Source: Eledone cirrhosa
Lineage: Eukaryota
NCBI GenBank assembly: GCA_964016885.1
Contig: OZ024742.1
Location: 25,978,001 to 26,042,000 of the forward strand
Length of the DNA stretch: 64,000 nt
Direction: 5' to 3'
This document shows positions 1 through 12,854 of this stretch, piece after piece. The translations under genes and the position numbers were made by a program. How positions within the stretch are numbered: the first letter of the stretch is position 1; every line of letters begins with the position of its first letter. A model generated the notes under the pieces. The model was not told the DNA's origin. It ran no database searches and saw only the letters and a list, made by a program, of their open reading frames with translations.

Positions 1-133
1 GTGTGTGTGTGTGTGTGTGTCGGAGCAGAAAAGGGGGAGAAAAGGGGGAGTTTGTATGTGTATATTTGTGGAGAAAGAGAGGGTTGCAGTGTGTGGAGAG
101 ATAGAGAGAGAGAGATAGATAGATAGAGAGAGA

Positions 134-175
<42 letters not shown>

Positions 176-725
176 TGGAGAGAAAGAGAACATTTAACAG
201 TGTATATGTGTGTGTTTGTGGAGAAAGAGAAATAGAGAGAGTGTGTTTGCAGACAGAAGACGTGATAGAGTGTGTAGATATGTGTTAGTAAAGAGGAAGA
301 GAGAGGCAGAAAGAGAAAGTGAAAGTAGAGAGAGTGTGTGTGTAGAGTAAGAGAGTGAGAAAGAGAAGACGTGAGTGAGTGTGTAGATATATGTTTGTAA
401 AGAGAGAAAGAGAGAGAGAGAGAGTGAAAGAGGGGGAATGAGAGAGAGTGTGTAAATGTGTTTGTGGAGAGAGGGGAAATATTTCGAGTGAGAAGAAGAA
501 ATGTGTAGAAGGAGAGAAATATTTGAGCAGCGATTGTAACATGAAATAACATGTGGACTTTGAAATATAGATGTTAGTATTGCCATAGGTGCATACACGC
601 ATATAAACATATAGAGACTCATAAGCATATATACACAAATACCTGTATATACGTATACACACACACATACACACACACACACACACACACGCACACTCAC
701 ACACACTCACACACGCACGCACAAG
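1..725. repeat. Compound (GT)n/(GA)n/(CA)n microsatellite and low-complexity tract
   Basis: Visible dinucleotide runs; the overlapping ORFs are low-complexity translations. Confidence 0.95.
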
Positions 726-784
726 AGATTGCAACATGAATGGACCTGTTATTTTCCTCTAAAAACATGTTTTTCTAATTACAC

Positions 785-925
785 CACGCCCGTCCCTTCA
801 ATCTCTCTAATTTCTCATTCTTTCTTCTGATGAAGGGCTAGCGTCTGAAACGTTGCTATGTCAAGCGTTAACCTAATATATTCCTTCCATATACTGTACC
901 GATTGCGTTGGTATTGCTGTATACA
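785..925 (+). mobile_element. PLE-type terminal fragment with a partial hammerhead
   Basis: CTGATGA-agggctagcgtct-GAAACGTT at about 827-854 with no stem I partner; related reverse-complement copies at about 30150-30280, 35335-35405 and 46020-46160. Confidence 0.55.
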
Positions 926-949
926 TTTTACGTATATATATATATATAC

Positions 950-1028
<79 letters not shown>

Positions 1029-1225
1029 TGTAGATAAATCTACCAAAAGTTTGCGGTAGTGTCCAATCCGTATGAAGAACTCAATGTAATCCGGATATCA
1101 TGAAAAGAGAAGATGCATTCAAAAACTACTTTCGGTGAAAAATAAACGGAAAACAGAGTCAAGATAAATTATTAAAAAAATAATGAATAAACAAAGAAAC
1201 AGTTCCTTATATTAAACAAAAAAGT

Positions 1226-1367
1226 TCATTATTTTACGATCGTTTCTAGGATATATATGTGTTAGAATTGGTATGCATATTCTATAGATCTATGTACAAT
1301 ATTTATACAAACTATCAGAGGGAATATACATACCTTCACATATATATGCTGTCTTCAGAAATAATGA
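1226..1367 (-). ncRNA. Type I hammerhead ribozyme with extended stem II
   Basis: Minus strand: tcattattt CTGAAGA cagcatatatatgtg...cacatatatatccta GAA ACGATCGT A aaataatga; 9-bp stem I, palindromic stem III. Confidence 0.8.
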
Positions 1368-2089
1368 TACTTGTTTATTGATAAGAACAAAGATTCAAAA
1401 CAATAGGTCTGTTTGGGAACAGGTTTTGAATTGACCAATCAGGAAATAGTGAGGGTCAAGATAGATAGCATTAGGAGAACCTTAAATTAAGGGTAGGGGA
1501 AGTAGATTTCAGTTTAGGAAGGAAAAGAGTATTATGAATGAAGGATTACTTTAGGAAAGAAGTAGGTCATATGTTGACCTCAGAAATAATTTTAATTGTT
1601 CATTGAATAAAACCAACAAAGATCCAATATAATAATGGATTACTTTAGGGAAGAAGTAGGTCATATGTTGACCTCAGATATAAATGTATTTGTCCATTGA
1701 CTAAAACCAACAAAGATCAAATATATTCTGTTTGTTAATATTTGGCCAAATGGTAAAATAGTAGTAATTGAAACTTATTTTAGGGGTGAAATTAGGTCAG
1801 GTGGTCAGTAGAAGGTATACAAGCAGTTGCTGTTATAAAATAGTGATGCCAATACAAATATCTAGGGTGACCAGAGTTTTAAGATAAGGATGTTAGTGAA
1901 AAAAATACATCTATGAAAAGGATATAAAATTAATTTAATTGATGGGTACATATATATATATATATATATTTTTTTTTTTTTCTGATAAAATTATACTAAT
2001 ACATATAGATGTGATAAATAAGAGTTAGATGCAGTTTAAAAGTGCTGTTAAGGATGAGGGGAGATTAAAAGAATATAAAAATATAAAAA

Positions 2090-2132
<43 letters not shown>

Positions 2133-2177
2133 CATATATATACCTATATATATATACACATACATACACACACACAT

Positions 2178-2210
<33 letters not shown>

Positions 2211-2859
2211 CACAAACATACACATACACACACAAACATATACCCATACATATATATACACATATACATATACACACATACACATGTACATATACATACA
2301 CACACACACACACACAGACATACATATATATACATACACACATATACACACACATACATATACACATATATATATATATCTACACATACATATATATGTA
2401 TTTTTACACTCTCATACATACACACATACATACATACACACTTATATATATACACACACATCCACGCTTACATATACAATAATTATTGGGGGGGGGGAAT
2501 TAAATTTATTAGTGGGAAATAGTAAATATATATAGGTTTCAAGGAACATAGAGTCATAACCTTAAGTTAAAGCTTTATATATGTTTACTTAATGGTATCA
2601 GTTTTAGGAAATGATATTTGTAAGAAGGAAAGCCAAATTATGTAGTTCATCATTAGTAGAATATTAATTATAGGTTAACTAAAATTTAAATAGTTTATAT
2701 ATTAATTTCTAAGGTGTATAATAATTAGGTTTATGTTATTTAAAGAGGAATTATGTAGTTCAACAGTAGAAGAATATTAATTATAGCTTAACTAAATTAA
2801 AAATAATTACATATGTTTACTTAATGGTATCAGTTTTAGGAAATGGTATTTGTAAATTA

Positions 2860-3668
2860 AAAATAGTTTATATATTAATTTCTATAGTGAATATTAATTA
2901 AGTTTATAATATTTAAAGCAGAATTTTGTATTTCATCTGTAGTAGAATTTTAATTATAGGTTAACTAAATTAAAATTAATCTATATATTAATTTCTAAAG
3001 TGTATATTAATTAGGTTTATATTTAAATGTTTTTCTCATTTTATAATTACACGATATTTTGTATTTCATCTGTAGTAGAATTTTAATTATAGGTTAACTA
3101 AATTAAAATTATAGGTTAACTAAATTAAAATTAATCTATATATTAATTTCTAAAGTGTATATTAATTAGGTTTATATTTAAATGTTTTTCTCATTTTATG
3201 ATTACACGATATTTTGTATTTCATCTGTAGTAGAATTTTAATTATAGGTTAACTAAATTAAAATTATAGGTTAACTAAATTAAAATTAATCTATATATTA
3301 ATTTCTAAAGTGTATATTAATTAGGTTTATAATATTTAAATGTTTTTCTCCGTTTATGATTACACGATATTTTGTTATATTTCATCTGTAGTAGAATTTT
3401 AATTAAAGGTTAACTAAATTAAAATTAATCTATATATTAATTTCTAAAGTGTATATTAATTAGGTTTATAATATTTAAATGTTTTTCTCAGTTTATGATT
3501 ACACGATATTTTGTATTTCATCTGTAGTAGAATTTTAATTATAGGTTAACTAAATTAAAATTATAGGTTAACTAAATTAAAATTAATCTATATATTAATT
3601 TTTAAAATGTATATTAATTAGGTTTATAATATTTGAATGTTTTTCTCAGTTTATGATTACACGATATT
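2860..3668 (-). repeat. Tandem array (about 5 units of 135-155 bp) of the PLE ORF 3' end and start of the 3' UTR
   Basis: Repeated 'gattacacgatattttgtatttcatctgtagtagaattttaattataggttaac...ttaattaggtttata'. Confidence 0.85.
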
Positions 3669-3923
3669 ATTAATTCCTGTCGCTTATTTAATAGGATATC
3701 CTTAGATTTCATTATTTCGAAAAGTTCTTGGGAACACAATCTACATTCATTTCTACTATTTTGATAAGGGGTGGCTCTTTTGAGCACACTCCAGGTCATG
3801 TCATATTCTATATTCCTCTTTCTATAACTATTAATTTTTTCAGCTAGAGATGTTGTATTAGCTAGTGTGGCATTTTTAAAACTATGTTTGTGGGTATTAA
3901 ATCTTACCTTAAAATTGTTAGAG

Positions 3924-3926
<3 letters not shown>
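3614..3926 (-). pseudogene. GIY-YIG endonuclease C-terminal fragment of a PLE
   Basis: KxRxxxH, CxLC, NxxxE and CxH motifs; the N-terminal part of the ORF-track entry is microsatellite. Confidence 0.85.
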
Positions 3927-3970
<44 letters not shown>

Positions 3971-4194
3971 TCCACATATATACTCACACATCGGCATGGT
4001 TGAATAGAAATTCTTGTTACTATGGTGTTTCACATATTTATCACTGCTACGGTATTGAGTACTCTTTTTTTCTCAACCGTCAACGGTATACGGATATATA
4101 TACATGTAATATATTTATATTCATTCATGTGCGTGAGAGTACATGTGTTTTCGTGTATGCTTACACACATAGTACATTGCCTCAAGTGGATTTT

Positions 4195-4502
4195 TATTTA
4201 GTGCATTCTGCCCATAATCGTAAGTTCAGCAGTTCTATTCCAAGGGCTGCATTGTGTCGTTGAGCAAGACATTTTATTTCACGTTGCTCTAGTCAACTCA
4301 GCTGGCAAAAATGAGATGTGCCTGTAATTGGAAGGGTCAGCATTGCCACATTCTGTGTTACGCTGAATCTCCCTGAGAACTATGTAAAGGGTACACACCT
4401 CTGTATAATGCTCAGTCACTGGAACGTTAATTTCACAAGTAGGCGTTTCTTTTGATCGTATCAACTGGAACACTCGTCGTCGTAACTGACGTAGTGCCAG
4501 TT
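4195..4502 (+). mobile_element. tRNA-derived CORE-type SINE (partial duplicate at about 4553-4610)
   Basis: CORE-like 'tgtgtcgttgagcaagacattttatttcacgttgctc' after a degenerate B box. Confidence 0.6.
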
Positions 4503-4778
4503 TCTATATAATGATGCAAGAGTGCACTGCAAGCATGCTAAATTAATTCAGTACGTTGCTTTAGTCAACTCAGCTGGCAAAATTGAGATGTGCCTGTAAT
4601 TGGAAGGGTCAATTAATTCAGTACAGTGAAATATGTATTAAGTTTCATGAGGTCAATTAATGGTTTCAGTACTTTCACCTACACATACAGAATATAGAGA
4701 ATCCGTTATAGACATCTCCAGATAAATAATATACAAATACCGTTCACAACAATGCATATATTATACATACTTACATGT

Positions 4779-4867
<89 letters not shown>

Positions 4868-4872
<5 letters not shown>

Positions 4873-5047
4873 GTTTCTACTTTTGGCACAAGGCCAGCAA
4901 TTACCCAGTACATTACTGGTACTTTATTTTATCGACCCCGTAATGATGAAAGGCAAAGTGAACCTCGGCGGGATTTGAACTCAGACCGTAAAGGGACGTA
5001 ACTATGCTGGAAAGCATGGCATCCGACTCTCTACCGATACTGCCAAT
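4868..5047 (-). mobile_element. tRNA-derived SINE with a Meta-like central domain
   Basis: A box 'tggcagtatcggtagag', B box 'gagttcaaatccc', central 'gcctttcatc..tacggggtcgataaaataaagtaccag'; many copies in the window. Confidence 0.85.
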
Positions 5048-5050
5048 ATA

Positions 5051-5324
5051 TATAATATAAGATCAAAAGATGGTTAAAAGAGTTCCAAGTATATCATTAT
5101 GCGCATTTTCAAAACAAATATCATCATGCGATGATATCTGTGTTTTCATCAGATAAAATAGGGATACATGATATGAAGCTTAAAAAACACTTGTGAATAG
5201 TGAAATTTTAAATCAACATATCAAACATATCAAACGCAGATATCATCCCATGATGATATTTGTTTTTGAAATGCGCATAATAAAATACTTGGAGCTCTTT
5301 TAACCATCTTTTGATCTTATATTA
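5051..5324. mobile_element. Fold-back PLE terminus with HHR (minus strand, 5090-5160)
   Basis: Inverted arms about 5051-5146 / 5232-5324; tattttat CTGATGA, long stem II, GAA ATGCGCAT A ataaaata assembled from the two arms. Confidence 0.75.
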
Positions 5325-5434
5325 TTTATACTCCAGTCCTACAAACTGTAGAGTGCTACTTATCCGATATTTGCATTGCTTTATTGTGCTACAATAAAAC
5401 TCACCATCTACATATATATATATATATATGTATA

Positions 5435-5629
5435 TAACAAAGGGATTGTGGTAAGGAACCAGATGGACCATAACGCACCAGTGTACTCAATGCTTAGGGT
5501 AGTAGAGTGGGAAATAGGAAAAAGTATGACCCCGACGGCAGAGCTCAAGCCGTTTCGACGGCTATTTCTGGACTGTCCAGAAATAGCCGTCGAAACGGCT
5601 TGAGCTCTGCCGTCGGGGTCATACTTTTT

Positions 5630-5632
<3 letters not shown>
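5435..5632. mobile_element. Palindromic 'family A' element in (TA)n (3' half of an HHR duplicated in inverted orientation)
   Basis: Perfect palindrome centred near 5575; GAAACGGC..GCCGTC motif on both strands. Confidence 0.85.
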
Positions 5633-5661
<29 letters not shown>

Positions 5662-5667
<6 letters not shown>

Positions 5668-6090
5668 ATGATATTTAATAAATGGAAACTATATTTATAA
5701 AATCATATTTATTTTATTATATATATTTCAAGGGTACCAAAAGACTTTGGTACACTTTCTTCAGATAAGATAACAAGTTTGTTTTATAAATAGAGAGATA
5801 CCCAGGAAAAACATACCTTATCAGTTGGATATTCTCTCGATAGTTGAAATGTATTAGGCATTTGCATATTCACCCATAAGTTTGAAAAATCCCTAATACA
5901 TTTCCACTATCCAGAGAATATCCAACTGATAAGGTATGTTTTTCCTGGGTATGTCTCTATTTATAAAACAAACATTGTATTTCATCTGAAGAAAGCGTAC
6001 CAAAGTCATTTGGTACCCTTGAAATATATATATAATAAAATAAATATGGTTTTATAAATATAGTTACCATTTATTTAATATAATTGTATA
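5662..6090. mobile_element. Fold-back PLE terminus with two opposed HHRs (5709-5773 minus, 5978-6042 plus)
   Basis: About 195-bp inverted arms; tatttcat CTGAAGA aagcgtaccaaa-gtca-tttggtaccctt GAA ATATATATAT A ataaaata. Confidence 0.85.
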
Positions 6091-6508
6091 TATATATAAT
6101 CTTCTTTATATAGTGAACTTCACATTTGGGTTAGTATAAATAAAACTGTACACCACCCAAAAAATTCTACATGTGCATATAATCATAAACGCATTGGTAC
6201 GAACCCTTACACACAAACATAAATATTTCTTATAGATATATTTCTATGTATGTATTTATATATAAAAGACCGTATGTGTGTGTGGGGAGGGGGGTGATTT
6301 GGGGAGCGGGTATTTTTATCATAGAAATATACTGACAAGTATTTATGAGGTCTACATATATATTATTCTAGCATATATAGGTGCCTAGTTGAAGAACTTT
6401 ATGGATATATGGACTGATAGAAACATACACAGACACACACACACACACATACTCACACATACACACTCTCTCACACACACACACATATAAATATATATAT
6501 ATATACAT

Positions 6509-6633
<125 letters not shown>

Positions 6634-6719
6634 AAATGAGTATCTGGCACCACAATGACTAGACTCTAAATATTAATCAGAAATGATATGTTGTAATTTA
6701 TATTCTATATTTCCATCTA

Positions 6720-6905
6720 CCTTCTCTGTCTCTCTACCTCTCTGTTATATCTCTCTGTCTCTCTACCTCTACTGTTATATCTCTCTGTCTCTCTACCTCT
6801 AATGCTATATGTCTCTGTCTCTCTACCTCTCTGTTATATATCTCTGTCTCCCTACCTCTAATGATATATTTCTCTGTCTCTCTACCTCTCTCTTATATCT
6901 CTCCG
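6720..6905. repeat. About 30-bp minisatellite (tctctgtctctctacctctctgttatatc)
   Basis: About 6 visible tandem units. Confidence 0.85.
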
Positions 6906-7003
6906 TGTATTCCCTCGTATATCATGAAGGAGTCCAATATATTTCAACTATGATCGAAAACAATTTCCCCTCCTACAACCACTCACCCATATATATATAT
7001 ATA

Positions 7004-9260
7004 TATTGTTATACTTTGGGAGGGTCATGTTGCCAATAAAAACACACGCACCAGTTGCTTTCACTTTAATTTATTATAATAAATTTATAAATTTCCGGTT
7101 GGTTGGTTGGTTCCACAACCAGATGGTTGTTTATATATTGTCAAAGTTCTTTCGTCACACATTATGTGACCTCTGCAGTGACTGGGGATTATTTTCTTTG
7201 TTTTTGAGCTTCTCCTTTGTTCTGTCCTACGCCATCTTGTTTTTGTGTGTGTTATGTGCTTAATTTGCGCATGTGCTACATCCGGGGGTCTGTGTGTGTT
7301 TATATTTGTTTATTTATTTGTTTATTTACATGTTACTGGTTGGTTGTTTGTTCTATGTGTGTGTGTGTTTTCATTTTGTCCTTAATTGTAAGTTGTGATG
7401 TTGCTGTTCCACTCATGTTTTCTATTTAATTTTGGTTGTAATTCTTTTATGTTTATTGCCTCTGTGATTTGTCTAAACATTGCGTCTTTTCTGTGTGTAG
7501 ATTCTATTTTTATTTCTATGTTCTCTAATTTACCCTTATGTTCTATTTTAGCATGTTGGTAGAGTACAGATGATTCTTTACTATCTTGAAGGTCTCGCCA
7601 GTGTTCATTTATCCGTTCCCCTACACTACAAGCTGTCTCACCTATGTACACTATATTTGTGTCTCATCACCCGAACCAAATCCGCTCCGTTGATGATATA
7701 AACATCGTAGTTAAAACACCCCCACTAGAGAACAGTTAGGAATTAGAGAAAAACACAATGGAAAGCATCCAGCAAATAGCTAACTTCATCCACCAGAGTA
7801 TTAGAGTTACTATAGACTACCCAAGTAAACACCCCAAACATCGATTACCTGTACTAGACACAGAGCTGTGGTTAGATACCATTAATAACAAAAAACAAAT
7901 CCTCCATTCCCATTATGCCAAACCCATGACTTCCAAATATCTGATCCACCGAAACTCAGCTATTTCGGACTATACCAAAATCAACATACTGATTGCGGAT
8001 TTGGTACGGGTGATGAGAAACGTGTCCCGCATGTGCAACCCTGAAGAACTAGAGAGACACATACAACACTTCATCCACCGTATGCAGTTCTCTGGTTACA
8101 ATCAGAGGGATAAAATCAGAGTGTATAGAGGAGCCAGAACCAAATGGGAAAAAATGGTAAATAATGACACAAATGGGACCTGCCCCTTGTATAGGAGCAC
8201 ATTTTGGAATAGAATAGAAAGAACTAGGAATAAGGCTAATAGAATAAACTCATGGTATGATAGCAATACATACCAGAGTGTAATGTTCATCGATACAACC
8301 CCTAGAGGTGAATTAGCTTACAAATTTAGAAGGGCCCTAGATAAATATAAACTCAATATTAAGATAGTAGAAAGACCAGGTACCTCCGTAACAACACTTA
8401 TTAGCAAGACATACCCTTTCCAAAGACCCCTCTGTATAGATAAGAAATGTATAACCTGTAAATTAAGTCTCCATATTAACTGTAAAACTAGAAACGTAGT
8501 ATATAGCATAAGATGTACTGAAGGACAACGTAGAGACAAAAATATAGTGTACATAGGTGAGACAGCTCGTAGTGTAGGGGAACGGATAAATGAATACTGG
8601 CGAGACCTTCAAGATAGTAAAGAATCATCTGTACTCTACCAACATGCTAAAATAGAACATAAGGGTAAATTAGAGAATATAGAAATAAAAATAGAATCAG
8701 CACACAGAAAAGACGCAATGTTTAGACAAATCACAGAGGCAATATACATAAAAGAATTACAACCAAAATTAAATAGAAAACATGAGTGGAACAGCAACAT
8801 CACAAGTTACAATTAAGGACAAAATGAAAACACACACGCACATAAAACAAACAACCAAACTGTAACATGTAAATAAACAAATAAATTAACGAATATAAAC
8901 ACACAGACACCCGGATGGGGCGCATGCGCAGACTGAGCACACAACACACACACAGAAACAAGATGGCGTAGGACAGAACAAAGGAGAGGCACAAAAACAA
9001 AGAAAATAATCCCCAGTTACTGAAGAAGTCACAGAATGTGTGATGAAAGAACTTTGACAATATATAAACAACCATCTGGTTGTGGAACCAACCAACCAGA
9101 AATTTATAAATTTATAAATTTATAAATTTATTATAATAAATTGAAGTGAAAACAACTGGTGCGTGTGTTTCTTATTGGCAACATGACCCTCCAAAAGTAT
9201 AACAATATCGGTTTCAACACACGTTTTCTGATAAAGAATCTTGCTAAACAAATTCAGAAA

Positions 9261-9262
<2 letters not shown>
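7004..9262 (+). mobile_element. 5'-truncated PLE (tentatively Naiad/Neptune-type) with an inverted 3'-end copy
   Basis: Body about 7665-9262; 7004-7664 is the reverse complement of about 8533-9208; (TA)n on both sides; HHR-like motifs at 9016-9058 (+) and 7140-7182 (-). Confidence 0.9.
7683..8816 (+). pseudogene. PLE RT C-terminal half, thumb, Zn-knuckle and GIY-YIG
   Basis: In frame upstream of the listed ORF: RSVDDINIV (YVDD-like, one stop follows); DYPS, LPVLD, HYAKPM, CxxxxCxxC, VVY..YIGETAR, QH...H, EA..I....PKLN. Confidence 0.9.
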
Positions 9263-9359
<97 letters not shown>

Positions 9360-9889
9360 ATGTATAATAAACAATAAAATATAATTACCTCATTACCAGA
9401 GGGTTCCCGAATAAGACGAATACGAAAAACGTCTTCATTCGTTCATCGGACAAGGCAATTTAAAACATAGTGAAATATTTGAAAAATCTCCTCAAGAAAG
9501 GCAAGAGTTTAACGGGCAAAACAAATATATGAATAAAAGTAATAGAAGATATATATAAAAACATAAGGAAATATAGTTATGGTATGTGTATATGTATGTA
9601 TATACATACACAAATGTACATATGTGTGTATGTACAAATGAATGTGTATGGTGAAAATGTGTGCGTAAGTACATATATGAGGGCAAGTATATTTGTGTAT
9701 GCGTGACCACAAATACGTATATAATATGAGTTGAAAAAGAAATTGTAAGAAAATATAGTTAACACACATCCAGATACAGGTATTAAATATATACACATAC
9801 GAGTATGAAAGCACGCGTATAAACATACACACACGCTTATATGCGGAAGATAAATGGGGAAGGGAGTGTAATAGTAAAAAGAAGTGTCA

Positions 9890-12064
9890 TCTATATATAT
9901 AAAACTGTGGTTGTCTGTCTGTCTATCGATTTTTGGCACACATCTCCTTTTAGAATCTCTCACGGAATTGCACCGAAATTGCGATACTTGTACGTTGAGC
10001 CCTAGCGAAGACATCGGAAAAAAAAAATTTCAAATTGACCCACCCTATGTGACGAAATCGAATATAATGTATCGATTTTTGAGCGTAAGTTATCAGTTAT
10101 TTCCCTTTGTTCTGTTTACATTGAGCGTCTTACGTAAAAAATTACGCTGGCTTTAACAGTTGTCGAGCCAGCAAAATATTGACCTGCAAAATTCATCAGT
10201 TCGAACACTAAGCTTCCGTTTTGCTTCATTTCCATTTAAAAGCATTTTAAAACAATATTTTTACTTGAAAACAAGTCTATTTAAAGACTACGTAAAACAA
10301 GCAAATATTTCGTCGTTAGGCGTACAGACAGACAGTTGTGCAGACAGACAGTCGTGCAGAGAGGTGATATACGCGTGCAGACAGACAGTCGTGCAGAGAG
10401 GTGATATAGGCGTGCAGACAGACAGTCGTGCAGAGAGGTGATATAGGCGTGCAGACAGACAGTCGTGCAGAGAGGTGATATAGGCGTGCAGACAGACAGT
10501 CGTGCAGAGAGGTGATATAGGCGTGCAGACAGACATCTATATATATAAAGCTGTGGTTGTCTGTCTGTCTATCGATTTTTTGGCACACATCTCCTCTTAG
10601 AATCTCTCACGGAATTGCACCGAAATTGCTATACTTGTACGTTGAGCCCTAGCGAAGACATCGGAAAAAAAAATTTCAAATTGACCCACCCTATGTGACG
10701 AAATCGAATATAATGTATCGATTTTTGAGCGTAAGTTATCAGTTATTTCCCTTTGTTCTGTTTACATTCAGAGTCTTACGTAAAAAATTACGCTGGCTTT
10801 AACAGTTGTCGAGCCAGCAAAATATTGACCTGAAAAATTCATCAGTTCGAACACTAAGGTTCCGTTTTGCTTCATTTCCATTTAAAAGCATTTTAAAACA
10901 ATATTTTTACTTGAAAACAAGTCTATTTAAAGACTACGTAAAACAAGCAAATATTTCGTCGTTAGGCGTGCAGACAGACAGTCGTGCAGAGAGGTGATAT
11001 ACGCGTGCAGACAGACAGTCGTGCAGAGAGGTGATATAGGCGTGCAGACAGACAGTCGTGCAGAGAGGTGATATAGGCGTGCAGACAGACAGTCGTGCAG
11101 AGAGGTGATATAGGCGTGCAGACAGACAGTCGTGCAGAGAGGTGATATAGGCGTGCAGACAGACATCTATATATATAAAACTCTGGTTGGCTGTCTTGTC
11201 TATCGATTTTTGGCACACATCTCCTCTTAGAATCTCTCACGGAATTGTACCGAAATTGCTATACTTGTACGTTGAGCCCTAGCGAAGACATCGGAAAAAA
11301 AAAATTTCAAATTGACCCACCCTATGTGACGAAATCGAATATAATGTATCGATTTTTGAGCGTAAGTTATCAGTTATTTCCCTTTGTTCTGTTTACATTG
11401 AGCGTCTTACGTAAAAAATTACGCTGGCTTTAACAGTTGTCGAGCCAGCAAAATATTGACCTGCAAAATTCATCAGTTCGAACACTAAGCTTCCGTTTTG
11501 CTTCATTTCCATTTAAAAGCATTTTAAAACAATATTTTTACTTGAAAACAAGTCTATTTAAAGACTACGTAAAACAAGCAAATATTTCGTCGTTGGGCGT
11601 GCAGACAGACAGTCGTGCAGAGAGGTGATATAGGCGTGCAGACAGACAGTCGTGCAGAGAGGTGATATAGGCGTGCAGACAGACAGTCGTGCAGAGAGGT
11701 GATATAGGCGTGCAGACAGACAGTCGTGCAGAGAGGTGATATAGGCGTGCAGACAGACATAACTGATAATTTGGTTACGCTAATGTTTTTCTCTGCGTTG
11801 CAGTGTTTACATTTTCGATCTTTGTTAATAAATAACCAGTGCAGTTTCTATCCCCAGCATCCTCTTTTGTTATAACATTCGGGTTATCGTTATGTTTTCT
11901 TAACTTCATAAGGCATATTGTTGGTTGAGGGAATATTAATCAAAAACACCCCATGCAAGTCTGCACAGTAGACACTACAGTTTTTAAGCCAAAAAAGAAA
12001 CTTAACATTGTAACTTTAACACAGCTACTGAGCGACCCCGAGCAACGCCGGGCTTTACTGCTAG
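9890..12064 (+). mobile_element. Non-autonomous Helitron with a triplicated 5' segment and internal 37-bp minisatellite
   Basis: 5' TCTATATATATAAAA; 3' hairpin cccgagcaacgccggg followed by CTAG; inserted at A|T without TSD (empty site visible at about 15502-15525); 5' units start at 9890, 10536 and 11166. Confidence 0.9.
10318..11759 (+). repeat. Three blocks of the 37-bp minisatellite ggcgtgcagacagacagtcgtgcagagaggtgatata
   Basis: Blocks at about 10318-10535, 10965-11165 and 11596-11759. Confidence 0.95.
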
Positions 12065-12854
12065 TTCTCGATATATGTATAAAAATGAAACAATATATGA
12101 GAATGAAAGATTTTTTTTTAAATCAAAGAGAAAGTAAGAGGGAGGGGTTATCAATTAACACTAGGAAAAATAAAACAAACATAGGTACGCACGTACACAC
12201 ATACACATATATAATATATATATATACATATAAATACGTACAGACAAAAGCGCATGCAAGCGTACATACATACACACGAGGCACGTATATATATATATCG
12301 CCACATGTATATCTAATCACACGTACGTACGCGACTATATATATATGTGTATACATACACACCCATACACACACATACATACACATATATATACATACAT
12401 ATACACATACATTCACCCACATATACACACATGTATAAATAAGTATGTAAAAAAAATAGATATAAAAAAACACATACACACATATATATACACGTACGCA
12501 CGCACACATACGGAGGCGTTCGTATACATATACAGAACGTATACACACATATGCACACTCACACGCATAGATACAAATTATAACCCAGCCGTATGAATAG
12601 ATGAGTACAAATATAAAATCGGCTGCGAAACAACAGAATATATCTGGAGTGAAAACGCAAGTGACAAGTGATATCAGGTAGTGAATGAAAATGGGGAAGT
12701 AAAATATGGAATGTAAAGATATTAGGTAAGTGAATCAAAAAGTAGGGTGGGGAGGGACTTGACTGGTGGATATAACAATAAAGTTAAAAATGAAAGTAAG
12801 TCAGAAAGAGAGGTCTGTAAAGAGGATAATTTAAGGAAAGTGAAGAACAAGAGT

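Larger units (their letters stand above)
1030..3926 (-). mobile_element. 5'-truncated PLE (Hydra-clade-like): GIY-YIG C-terminus, long 3' UTR, terminal HHR
   Basis: 3614-3926 translates FKVRFNTH...WSVL...CRLC..E..EI...LLNKRQELIISCNH; bounded by (TA)n; HHR at 1226-1367 in the same sense. Continuity across the internal microsatellite is inferred. Confidence 0.75.

Noticed and set aside
10318-11759. 37-bp repeats resembling a CRISPR array
   Set aside because: Head-to-tail units with no unique spacers, located inside a eukaryotic Helitron, with no cas genes
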